Both the position numbers and the translations under genes were made by a program. Positions 51,007 through 63,301 of a DNA stretch of 64,000 nt are shown here, one piece after another. This DNA comes from Octopus vulgaris (Eukaryota). Below the pieces are notes generated by a model. That model was not told the origin of the DNA, did no database searches, and saw only the letters and a program-made list of their open reading frames with translations. Position 1 is the first letter of the stretch, and every line of letters starts with the position of its first letter. Location: positions 87,296,001 to 87,360,000 of the forward strand of contig OX597814.1 of assembly GCA_951406725.2 (NCBI GenBank). The letters are read 5' to 3'.

Positions 51007-52489
51007 CATTAATTCATAGCTTGAAACAATAGGGGGAAGAGTAACAGGCTGTACACCTCAATCCAAACGGTGTGCTCAACCGCGTCCCACTGACATAATA
51101 GCAAAGGCGTTGCCGCAGAGAATGGCCAACAACATTCCACCTCGCGGGTTTCATTTCTCAAACGGACCGTTGTAATTCCGATTTTACGGGGGAAATCAGA
51201 GGCAACCAGAACGAGAACATCTCTACGGCGACTGGAACGAACAAATAGCGGCCGATCAAACTCCCGTACTTATTTATCTTCCTCTGTTCTGCATTACACT
51301 CCACTCAGTCCGCTCGTCCACCAGCGTCTGGTACCTGGATGACGTGATCCTGGAGGCTCGGTTGTGTCTGTACTTGAGGAGCTCCAGCAAGTTATCCCAG
51401 TCCAAAATCTCCTTGAGCTTGAGCTTAATCCGTTCAAGTCAAAGGTAATAAATGTGAGCCAAGGTGGGACTGAATTTTGGGACGGCATATCTAGCATTCA
51501 GCTCGTCTTGGCGGGTGTTCGGCTGACGCCGAGGGACGTCGACTACGTTCATGACTCTCCAGTCCTCCCGAAAGCCATAGGGGTGTGCCTGGGGACCAAG
51601 CTTGCAGACCTGTCAAGGATGACGGAGAGATTGCACCTCATTGATGCGCAGCTGATGTTCTTCCTCTTGGAGAACTGCCTAGCTCTGCCTTAGCTCCTTT
51701 TCCTGCTACGCAATACGTCTTGATACCTTCTCACAGATCGCCTCGGCGAAATCAATGCCATTATCTGGCGCAATGCTGAACTGATCTGCAATGCAAGATT
51801 TGACAGCATTGACTAGCAACAGACGAAACTACTCGTGAAATTCAGACCTGACGCTGCATGTCTATCTTTCCTCACTCTCCTCCAGTCGCACACTCAGAGT
51901 AGGATCTTCTGGGGGACGGCTGAACCCGATGTACTCGGGAACAGAAACCAGCTCTGACCGCTGGACCGTCAAAGGCCTCAGCATCCCCCAGAATACAAAT
52001 GTCCTATGTATAACTGGGACGACGTCAAATGCAGATATACCTTTAGATAGATTGAGACTTCCTTGAACTAGCAGCGCCTTGCCTACTTCCGTTTCACTTT
52101 GCAGCCAAACAACAGTGAGTGATTCAATTCGGTACCCTCCTCATCAACCGGTACCCTTCTTAATAATGAGTGTACTCGTATCAGAGTGGTCCAGCGCCGC
52201 GTTCTCCGGTTTATGAGTCACGTAAATTCCGTTGTGGAGCTGTAGCTGACGAATTCGGCCTGCATCCGTTATCATGCTGCCATAGCGCGGGCTGTTTCAC
52301 CGAAACGCCACTCTGAACGACATCATCAGCAGGGATCTTGACGCAACCAGCTTCCAGTCACAACTGGAGCTAGTGGATCTTCACCGCGGAGATGGTAAGC
52401 GCCCCGACGGAATATCCCTCTTCCCATACGAGGGAAGTAAATCCCTTATCTGAGACGTGACATGCTGCAATCCGTTCTTCACCTCGGAC
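51007..52489. mobile_element. CRE-clade (REL endonuclease) non-LTR retrotransposon with inverted parts
   Basis: Plus strand 51296-52489: LELNPFKSK...CLALP*LLFLLR...CGAVADEFGLHPLSC...GDGKRPDGISLFP...DVTC. Minus strand 51060-51295: NAEQRKINKY...FVPVAVE...AILCGNAFAI. Confidence 0.85.
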
Positions 52490-52599
52490 CTTTATAGATC
52501 GATAACAAATATATTAAGCATAGTATTGGTATCCCCTGCCTCTGTTCTTTGGCCATTTATAACAGACGATGTTAGGTTCAGTGCCAAGGTAACATGAGT

Positions 52600-52812
52600 A
52601 TTTCAAATTCTGGCACAAGCTATCGGTTTTTGAGAGAAGGTGTATGTCGATTCCATCAAAACCAGTACTTGATTGGTACTTAAATTATTGACCCCGAAAG
52701 GGATGAAAGGTACAGTCAATCACAGTGCAATTTGAACTCAGATCGTAAAAACGGACGAAATGCCGCTAAACATTTTTCCGGCATGGTAGCAGTTCTGCCA
52801 GCTTGCCGCCTT
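52600..52812 (-). mobile_element. SINE family B (degenerate)
   Basis: Reverse complement of the family B head and core. Another minus copy lies at ~33220-33390. Confidence 0.75.
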
Positions 52813-52984
52813 TGTGCAATAATATCATAAGAGAAATATAGAATAACAAACTTTTTGAAAATTGTCTGAAAATCCTGTTTTATCAGAGATTACTATAGGA
52901 TTTAACCCCGTCAAATATTTTCTTCCTTCTTTCTGTCAATGCTTCACTAATTACCATTTCTATCATGATAATGTGAGTGCATTC

Positions 52985-54142
52985 TTTCTTTCCAGGTAAA
53001 CTGACATCTGACTGTTCAAAGAAGACTTCAAATGTAACTAATAGCGACTTCTCTTGAAAATCGACAAAAATTGGTATCGTCGCGTTATTAATTACCTGCA
53101 GAAAAATGTTTCAGCCCACAAGAGTATTCATGCTAACATGGTTGTTACATTAGGGGATGATGCTACAGCTTTATCAACCGTGCAAAAGTGGGCAGCTAAA
53201 TTTAGGAGAGAAGGGGAGAGTCGTAAAGATGACCCAACGTCTGGACGTCCTGCAACTGTCACCACCGAGGAAAATATCGATCGTGTTCACCACATGGTGA
53301 TGGATGACAGGCGATTTGCTATAAATCAAGTAGCCAATGCTATTAGCATATCCCGTGAGGGAGTTGAGAATATTCTGCTCAATGAACTTGGTATGACGAA
53401 GATTTCTGCTCAATGGGTGCAACGTTTTCTGACACTAGATCAAAAGCGCACCAGGCTTATCATATCACAAGAAAATCTGACATTGTTTGAGGCAGATCCA
53501 GCTGGTTTTCCTGAGCGTTTCCTAACACTGGATGAGTACTAGATTCATCACTTTGATCCAGAGATAATGAGACAATCCAAGCAGTGGAAAACCCCTCCTC
53601 ACTTGCTCCAAAGAAGGTCAGGGTACTTTCATCTGTATGGAAGGTGATGGCCTCTTTTGGGATGCAAAAGATATTGTGTTTACGTTCAAAAGAGCCACAC
53701 CATCAATGGAGAGTACCATACCAACTTGCTGAGGCAATTATGAAAGGCTATCAAAACCAAACACAAAGGAAAACTGACGAAAGAGGTCTTGTTTCACCAG
53801 GATAATACTCCAGCACACAAGTTCTTGGATTCAGTGGCTGCCATGTGTGACTGTGGCTTTGAACTGGTTGGTCAGCCTCCTTATTCTCCTGATTTTGCCG
53901 CAACTATCATCTGCCCCTCCCCCAACAGGAAAAAGCACTTAGTTGGGAAATAATATCGTAGTGATGACGCCCGTCATATCTACTATTGATGACTTTTTAG
54001 ACTAACAAAATGAAAACTTCTTCACCAATATATTCAAAGCACCGTGTATACCGCATGGGGGATTGTGTTGAAAAATAAATCCCATTTGGTCACATTCCAT
54101 GAGAATATCTTGGTCAGCCTATGAACTTTTCAACCGACTCTC
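52985..54142 (+). mobile_element. Mariner (irritans-like) transposon fossil
   Basis: YRRVINYL...STVQKWAAKF...DDPTSGRP...WVQRFLT...FLTLDEY*IHHFD...FHQDNTPAH...PPYSPD; stops and frameshifts. Confidence 0.9.
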
Positions 54143-54653
54143 AGGATTAGAAATGAACGAAGACATTTGTACCCAGGATAATGTAGTACATGATACAAGA
54201 TACGTTAAACAAAGACGATATGATCGTAGTTTAAGAACCGTTGATCATATGTTTTTTTTTTCTTAGTAAACGTTTCAGATAACTAATTTCTCAATATGGT
54301 TCAGAGCCTGGAGTATGTATGTATGTATGTATGTATGTATGTATGTATGTATGTATGTATGTATGTATGTATGTATGTATGTATGTATGTATGTATGTAT
54401 GTATGTATGTATGTATGCATGTATGCATGTATGTATGTATGTATGTATGTATTTGCATACGCACACATACGCACACATACGCACACGCACATGCACACAT
54501 ACGCACACATACGCACACGCACATGCACACATACACACACGAACACACAAGCCCACACGCACAGAGAGGGGGGGAGATAAATGGAATGAGAAAGAAAGCA
54601 GATGGATAGATAGCTAGACAGACAGACAGACAGACATACAGATATATATATAT

Positions 54654-54760
<107 letters not shown>

Positions 54761-55223
54761 TGTCTTAATTTCCCGTTTAAATTTGTGATATAAAGCTGTA
54801 TCCTTGTTATTTGTCAAGAAATAAGTAAGGTGGGAGCTGTTAGTGTTTGGTTCGTTTCACGTTAAAATTCCTTGCAAGGATCTTAATGGGTTGAAGGAAT
54901 CTCATAAAAATAGGTGCGGTGCAATGTTATGGTAGTTGTATGGTTTATTTGTGCAACTAGAAGTGAGACGGCTGTTATTTTAGACACCGTGTGATGTTCC
55001 GGTCGTCGTATGTTTCGATAATATAGAGGAAAGATGACGAGAATGTTTATGATTCACCCTACTCTAATAAAATATGATTCCTTAAGAGGAAGAAGTCAAA
55101 AGAGAGGTTTGGCTGTTCGAGATGACAAACCAAATGTCCTTGGCATCTTATTTCTTGTTTTTACATCATATCGATATTATGTCATGCACACTACTTCATC
55201 ACGTTGATATGTTAAATTATATC

Positions 55224-55366
<143 letters not shown>

Positions 55367-55619
55367 GTCTGTCTGTCTGTCTGTCTGTCTGTGTGTATCC
55401 CTAATGGCATTAACTTACATGATAATTTATTGTTATGAAGAAAACAAACAGTATTGAACTTCTTCGTTGCATCACTAAACTAACTTGATGTTATACTCCA
55501 TACTACAACTCCAACGTGATGTGTTCATGAAACAGAAAACACCCAAAAACAAACACAAATATGTAGTGTGTCTTATCATAAGGTTTTTGTGTTAATCAAA
55601 AAAAAAAAATCTTTCATAT

Positions 55620-56310
55620 TGTAGTGGATCTTGCAGGCATCAAGTGGATTCGTTCCACCATAGCCAAATTTAAATTAACACTTCAACAGAACTTTTTCCG
55701 CGGTGGAACAATGTTTTTTTTCTGTGACAGCAGTTTTAGCTAGGCCGAAATAATGTCTTTACCACTTGACCCTTCTAACCTCTTATAAACCACCAAAAGC
55801 TAGAATGGAGGTAATAAGCACCACCAACGAAATCTATTGTTCTCAACAATATATCTATCCTTCTGGATAGTTATAAAAACAAGAACCCCAAGCAAAATTC
55901 AGTTAGTCACTTGATGACAACTCAGTGACAACTCGTGAATTGGGAGAGAGAGCTAACACCAGTTAGTGAACCGACCACGAGAATTATGGCCACAAGCAGG
56001 CAGACAAACGGCCAGAGTGAAAAAGAAGGGAAGTTTACAGTCAGTGACTATGCGAACCAATATCCCACACTCTCTCACTTTCACTAACTCACTTTCTATT
56101 TTCTGCACATTACCATATCTCTCTCTATGGTTTACTACTACAATAAGAACATACTACTACGATAAGAACATAGAAGCCGAAATTAACTTATTTACTTCGC
56201 ATGCTCTAGGATTTTTTCACCTGCCCGTCGAGGCAAGGTATATACGATGTAACGGTAAAAATAAATATTTCCTTAAAACTTCATGCACTTTTCATCTTTG
56301 ACATCTTACA
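55620..56310. mobile_element. Solo LTR (copy 2)
   Basis: TGTAG...TTACA termini, 691 bp, homologous to 37865-38545. Confidence 0.75.
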
Positions 56311-57659
56311 ACATGCCGTTGCAATAAATTTCAGCCCTTACAATATCACCTCTGTTCCAAGATGTTTATAAATAACCAGCAATAAAAATATAAGTTATGA
56401 GAGAAAGGGTTTGTTTATAGAAACCTAAATGTATTTTTGCTTGATGTCTATAAAAATTTCCAGATTTTAAAAAACTGACAAAGTTTTAACTGTTTCATTA
56501 CTGCAAAGGCTGACTAGTATAAGGCAGACAAAGCAGTGCTCCATAGCATACTTTGCTTCTTTACATTCACAGGTGGTTGGTCGGTCTTGTAGCCCCATCT
56601 GACCAAAGCAACTCATGATCATTCCGTTCTTCTCAGGCAGTTGTCTTCCCTGAATTCATGATGCTTCAGAGCAAAGACAGAGGCTGCCAACAGGAAGGAA
56701 AAGGGTGGATGGATTCCCAGGTAAATCGAAGGTGAGGGTCGGTCTCAAGCTTTCCACTCGGATGTGGAGTCTAGTTTCTTCTCGTGACGATATCAGGGGC
56801 CGGATATGGCTGAGGAAGCTTCTTCGTGACTTCAATTTTTGGGCCGAGGATTGACATCCATAGAGGAGGAGGTGGTGTTCCTCGCCAGTAGCCGTTGTCA
56901 TCACGCCAGTTCAACTGGCCATTTCCCGTCCGATATCAGCAAGGGCAGTGACTCCGAGAAGGTGTAGGTTGTTTGTGTTGGTGAGCTTCATGTAACTAGT
57001 GACCAGGTGGAAAGTGTTTTTCAACGCTGGGTCGTTATATATATATATAACTGCTGCTAACACCACCTCGTCATAAGAACTCGCGAAGATAGTTTCCTAA
57101 TTCATGTGTTAAAAATTGCCCTTTATTCTTTTAAGATGACTGACTGCTGTTTTCTCTGTTGAAGGATAGCCCAGATTCTTGAAGTATTAATGCTAGAAAG
57201 TATGAAGTTGGCTGATGACCGGGTGAGATGGAGGGAAATAGTTGCGTTTCATGCTGTACACCGACGTCTCCTGTAGGTTATAATTTTGATTGATTGACAT
57301 GCCAACTTGAAATCCATCCACGCATCAAGAAACGGCTGTCATTGGTCAAAGGAGATAACTAATAATTTCCAACAATTATCATGTATAATTGTTAATAATG
57401 TTTCTTGTCTGGAACATGCTGCATGTATCCTCTTACAGTAATTATAGCGTGTGTTTACAATACTAAAAACGTACAGAGATTGCTACAATCTTCATCTAGT
57501 CTGATTTTAGCAAATTCAGCAAACGATACTATTTGTACCGTTTACTGTGTCAATAGTATTTATGAGATACTATTGACACAGCTATTTGAGATGTCCATAA
57601 AATTATATCACCACTTTATTTAATACAAATATTTCCGGTAAAATATGGTTTATCTTTTA

Positions 57660-58077
57660 TCCTTTTATTTGTTTCACTCATTCGACTGCGACCATGCTGG
57701 GGCACCACCTTGAAGGATTCTAATCGAATGAATCGATTCCAGTACTTTTGTTTTTAAATTTGGTACTTAATCTATCGGGTTCTTTTGCTGGACCATTAGC
57801 TTACGGGGGCGTAAAAAAGCAACACCGGTTGTCAAGCGGTTTTGGAGAACAAATAAGAACAAAAAGACACACACACACACACACACACACATACACACAA
57901 GTGAGTGTATATGTGTGTTCGACGGTCTTCTTTTAGTTTCCTCCTACCGTATCCACCCACAAGGTTTTGGTCGGCCGGGAGCTATAGTAGAAGGCACATA
58001 TCAAAGCTGACGCGCAGTGGGACTGAACCCAGAACCATGTGGCTGGGATACAAATTTCTTACCACGCAGCTACGCCT
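57660..58077 (-). mobile_element. SINE family A
   Basis: Homology to the other family A copies; head ends ...TACGCCT. Confidence 0.85.
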
Positions 58078-58199
58078 GGAAAACATTTCAGTTCTTGCAA
58101 AATTACAACCGTAACTATTTCGCGAACAATATCAATGGCCACGATTGTTACTTTTCCAAATGTATAAATCGGTTCTAATTCTAGCAAAATTACTAATCA

Positions 58200-58362
58200 T
58201 AGGCGTAGGCGTGGCTGTGTGGTAAGAAATTTGTTTCCCAACCACATGGTTCCGGGTTCAGTCCTACAGCGCGGCACCTTAGGCAAATGTTTTCTACTAT
58301 AACCTCGGGCCGACCAAAGCCTTGTGAGTGGATTTATTAGACGGAACAGGAAGAATTCTGTC

Positions 58363-58429
<67 letters not shown>

Positions 58430-58660
58430 TTGTGTGTCCGTGTTTGTCCCTCCCCCACATCACTGTTTGACAACCAGTGCTGGTGTGTTTATGTCCCTGT
58501 AATTTGGCAGTTCGGCAAGAGAGACCGATAGAATAAGTACCAGACTTTTAAAAAATGTATAAGTACTGGGCTCGATTCATTCAATTAAAAAAATTCTTCT
58601 AGACGGTGCCCCAGCATGGCCGCAGTCTAATGACTCAAACAAGTAAGAGATAAAAGATTA
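58200..58660 (+). mobile_element. SINE family A (a further head fragment lies at 58807-58970)
   Basis: AGGCGTAGGCGTGGCTGTGTGGTAAG head, (GT)n, tail ...AAACAAGTAAGAGATAAAAGA. Confidence 0.88.
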
Positions 58661-59300
58661 AAGAATGCTATTATTGGTAATTTGTTAATGTTTTGTTTGT
58701 GTTTATTCTACATTTTGTGGACAACAACGTCACAGTTGTTGTCCCATGCATTTCCTATGATGAAACTGATAAGACAGCATCTGACGGTAACATAAACGTC
58801 CATAAATAGGCGCAGGAGTGGCTGTGTGGTAAGAAGTTTACTTCGTAATCATATGTTCCAGGTTCAGTACCACTGCGCGGAGCCTTGGACAAGTGTCTTC
58901 TATAGCCTCGGGTCAACCAAAGCCTTGTGAGTGGATTTAATAGACGGAAACTGAAAGAAACTCGTCCTGTATATCTGTTTTCGTTCGGTTTCCTTGTATG
59001 TCTCTACTGTCCTGTTTTTGTTCCCAACTTTGACCCTCCATAAATCCAAATTTTATTTTGGAATTTATGGAAGCAACTGTCTTCGAAGGCTCATATTGTC
59101 GTTGAATTTTGAAATGAGGAGAAATAGACTGCCGACAACTGATGAAGGGTCGTTATTTGTGTTACTTGTCTTGTTTCCCATTTTTCTCTCTCGTTGTTTG
59201 CGTATTTAACTCGTTTGTTTTCGTACTTCATGTTTACACAGCTGGTGACGTCCTGTATCCATATATGCATATATATGTATGTGTGTGTGTGCGCGCGCGT

Positions 59301-60075
59301 TCCGTCACATTCTGAGTTCAAATTCCGCCGGGGTCGACTTTGCTTTTCATCCTTTCGGGCTCGATAAATTAAGTACCAGTGAAACACTGGGGACGATGTA
59401 ATCGACTATCTCCTCCTCCAAATTTTAGGTTTTGTGCCACAGTAGAAAAGATTATTATTATTGTTGTTGTTGCTGTGTAAGGCGGCGAGTTGGCAGGATC
59501 GTTAGCACGCTGGACGAAATGCTCAGCGGTATTTCACCTGTCGCTACGTTCTGAGTTCAAATTCTGCCGAGGTCGACTTTGCCTATCATCCTTTCGGGGT
59601 CGATAAATAAGTACCAGTTACATACAGGGATCGACTGGTCCCCCCACCTCTAAAAAAGATTTCAGGCCTTGTGCCTTTAGTAGAAAGAATCGTTAGCACG
59701 CCGGCGAAATGCTTGGCGGTATTTCGTCTGCCCTTACGTTCCGAGTTCAAATTCCGCCGAGGTCTATTTTGCCTTTCATCCTTTCGAGGTCGATTAAATA
59801 AGTAACAGTTACGCACTGGGGTCGATATAATCGACTTAATCCGTTTGTCTGTCCTTGTTTGTCCTCTCTGTGTTTAGCCCCTTGTGGGTAGTAAAGAAAT
59901 AGGTATTTCGTCTGCCGCTACGTTCTGAGTTCAAATTCCGCCAAGGTCGACTTTGCCTTTCATCCTTTCGGGGTCGATAAATTAAGTAGCAGTTTCGCAC
60001 TGGGGCCGATGTTATAGACTTAATCCCTTCTCCCAAATTTGAGACCTTGTGCTTCTAGTAGAAAGGATTATTACT
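59301..60075 (+). mobile_element. Head-to-tail array of four SINE family B copies
   Basis: GAGTTCAAATTCxGCC recurs at ~59314, 59553, 59743 and 59927. Confidence 0.9.
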
Positions 60076-60207
60076 GTTGCTGTTGTTTTGGGGTTTTTTT
60101 TCGAAAGCATTTCCATTGGGACGGGAACTCGAAAATTCCGTAACGCAGGGGCATGCGTATAGAAACATACATGCATACATACATACATACATACATACAT
60201 ACATACA

Positions 60208-60239
<32 letters not shown>

Positions 60240-60696
60240 CATGCGCAGTCAAATACACTCATACATATCTATTCTCCAATGATTATTCTCCATATCTTTT
60301 ATTCTTCCATTTGACCCTTTAAGACTATGAAACAATGGATATATAATAATTACACCATTTGCAATTAGAAATGGAACTGGCGAGGGCTGTTCGTCTTTCT
60401 CCTGTTTGTTTATTTTGTTGGACTTCTATTTAAAAGGCAAATAGGTCTCATCTAACACTTCAACATGTGGTCAACACATGATATACGTATATAGTATCTA
60501 CAGAGTTGGTCATAAAAATGAATAAGAGTTGGGTTTTCCAGTAATATTATTGTTAGTTTTCGCTCTTATTTTCATAATACTCTTTCTACGTTCCTCCTTA
60601 CTCCTTCTCCCCGTCTCTTCATTTCCTTCCCTTCCTTTCCACTTCCTTTTCATCCTCTTCCTGTCCACAGTCACTACCACCACCTCCTCCTCCTCC

Positions 60697-60828
60697 TTCT
60701 TCTTCTTCTTCTTCTTCTTCTTCTTCTTCTTCTTCTTCTTCTTCTTCTTCTTCTTCTTCTTCTTCTTCTTCTTCTTCTTCTTCTTCTTCTTCTTCTTCTT
60801 CTTCTTCTTCTTCATCATCATCATCATC
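60697..60828. repeat. (TTC)n microsatellite (~39 units) followed by (ATC)n
   Basis: Directly visible; source of the poly-K and poly-F pseudo-ORFs. Confidence 0.95.
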
Positions 60829-62075
60829 AGTAACATCAGCAGAAATGCTACACTAAAGTACAATATTCATCACCGTTGTACTTAAGTGCAACGTTTCTCA
60901 CGGGAGACGAGACTACGAGAATTGAAAAGGGATCATCAAAATTGCCTTGTTTTATAACACACTATTTTAATTAAAATTAATTGTTTAATTTAATTAATTT
61001 AAAATAGTTTTCAGCTTTTAATCTTGTCCAACACTATGGTGAAAAACAAAGACAAATGGATGCAAGCCCTATTCTATCTTCGTCTCTTGTTTATCAATAA
61101 AGGGAAAGGAATGAATCAGAGAGTGGGCGAGGAAGCGAGAGAAGGAGGGGGCGGGAGAGAGAGAGAGAGAGAAAGGCAAAAAATTTCAGTAATATTGGAG
61201 TTGGGAATGATAATTGTCAGTTGGAGAATAGTGTATCTTTAAACAGAGAAGAGGTCGCCTTCAGTTCAAATTATGATATTAGTAAGACGAATACTGTAGC
61301 TGAGAAATTCGCTCTTAAAAAGCCGGCTCCGTTACTTAGTTTCTGGGTTTGGGCTTAAGCTAAATCGCTTATATTGTTTTAATACAATTTCCACTCTGCT
61401 CAGAATTGTAAATATCTGTATTTAAGAAATATATAGGTTGATCAACCACCAGTAGTCACAGTATAAATATTTATACATCATATTTCTCGTTTTTGAGTTT
61501 GCTATATTGTGTTGACAAAGCTTTCATATTTCTCTCTCTCTCCCTCCCCCTCTCATCCTTTCTCTTTCCCCTCTTGCTCGCTTTCTTTCTGAAGAAGAAA
61601 AATTAAGAATAAACAATGATATTCATCGGTAAAGCCAAGCGAATTTACTTTACATATGTAGTCATTTTAAATGCTGCTAAGAATTAACGCTAAAAATATT
61701 CGCAGTCCAGTTATTGCCAACCGGCTTCCAATGCTTCAACCTGTTTATCAAGAAATGTTATACTAACGTATATCTATCTCTTTTCGAGCGTTACCAATGT
61801 TTGAGATTTTGTCAGAAAAGTTCTAATGACGTTCTCCTTTAAACGTTCTGTTTTAAGCATTCTAAACAAGAACAGTTACCGAAGTTATAATCTTGACGTT
61901 TACCACATTTTTCAACTGCTACAGATCAAAAGAAGGAGTAAGTACAATTTCAGAAGTAAAATATACTTGGAAGCGTTCAAAGTTAGATCTTTTGCTTGAA
62001 ATTATCTGGACAAAGTGAACGTTTGTTCAAACTAAACCTCTGTTACAGAACTGAGAACGAGTAAGAGACGAAAGA

Positions 62076-62150
<75 letters not shown>

Positions 62151-62764
62151 ATTTCAGCTTTTGCCATAGCAGTATCACAATAACCAGTTGTTGTTTCACT
62201 CAAATGTTACCTCTTCATTTAGCTCTGAGGAAGCTATAAGACGTCGCACTATCACTCAACTCTGGGTGCACAGTTCATTATAGTAGAAACAGCTGTAAAG
62301 TAATGGAAATGGTTGTGTAACTCCTACCCTATTGTCATTCGTTAATATACTATAGTGTGTGAGCCGTAAGGCGGCGAAATTGCTGGCCTTGTGCCAAAAC
62401 TTGAAAGCAGTCTGTGTTTTCAAATATTTCTCTTTTTGTTCTACTTAAATCAAGAAATGCATGCATGCAGTGTAAATAGGATAAAGTTGAATGCATAATG
62501 CCTTTCAGTAAATTAAATATAAAGGTAATAGTGGGATATATGAAGTAGAATAAATGTAAATAGAAATACGTATAGCGTATTAGATATATATTCGTACACT
62601 AGTTCTTACCACTGTTCATACACCAGTCTAACAATATTGTTTACAATAGTAAAGAGGTCTGCGAACTCTTGTGAAAGGTTCGAGGTTCATTACCATTCTA
62701 TATTGTAAATCCATGATTGTGTTCCAGTTATACTGGTTTTCACAGTTTTATATGCCGCTCATCT

Positions 62765-63084
62765 CAATTCTTTTAGATAGAAGAAACAGTAAATTCACAA
62801 CAGTCGCCAGTCACATATATCATCTCAAAAATAGAAATATTCACTACATTTTGTCATGGTCCATAATAGATTCAGGGCTTCCATACCAAGGTCAACGCTT
62901 AGCTTGTAAGTTATGCCTAAAAGAGGCATTCTACATATTAAAACATAACTCCTCGACATTACTAAATAAATATAATGAGGCCCTAAGTACATGCAACCAC
63001 CGCTTTTTTCATACCTTCAAATTTTACCATAAATCTAAATGCAACCTAAATAACCACACAGCAGATATCCACAACATCCCTTAG
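62765..63084 (+). mobile_element. Penelope-like element 3' fragment (GIY-YIG C-terminus)
   Basis: TTVASHIYHLK...YILSWSII...CKLCLKEAFYI...LLNKYNEALSTCNHR matches the C-terminal pattern of Penelope endonucleases. Confidence 0.8.
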
Positions 63085-63269
63085 GTAATCCCCAACAACC
63101 CTACTTAACTTTCCTTTATCTCCATTTTAATTTTCAACCTTTAATTTTTTAACTCCCTTATCTTTAAGGATCTCAGTAATTTAATATTACACATATGGAC
63201 ATACAAGTGGATACATGTGTGTGTGTAAATGTATGTGCATGTATTTTTATGTATGCATATGTATGTGGG

Positions 63270-63301
<32 letters not shown>

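Noticed and set aside
59301-60075. CRISPR-like regular repeats
   Set aside because: The units are long, diverged SINE copies in a eukaryotic context with no cas genes.
60345-60430. Short hydrophobic plus-strand ORF resembling a signal peptide
   Set aside because: Another frame reads TPFAIRNGTGEGCSSFSCLFILLD, most simply a decayed RT (GVRQGC-LSP-LF) remnant.
60510-60885. Poly-Lys and poly-Phe ORFs
   Set aside because: Products of the (TTC)n microsatellite.
61905-61945. Possible plus-strand 13-nt micro-exon (ctacag|ATCAAAAGAAGGA|gtaagt)
   Set aside because: Isolated splice-like signals are common by chance, and no partner exons were identified.
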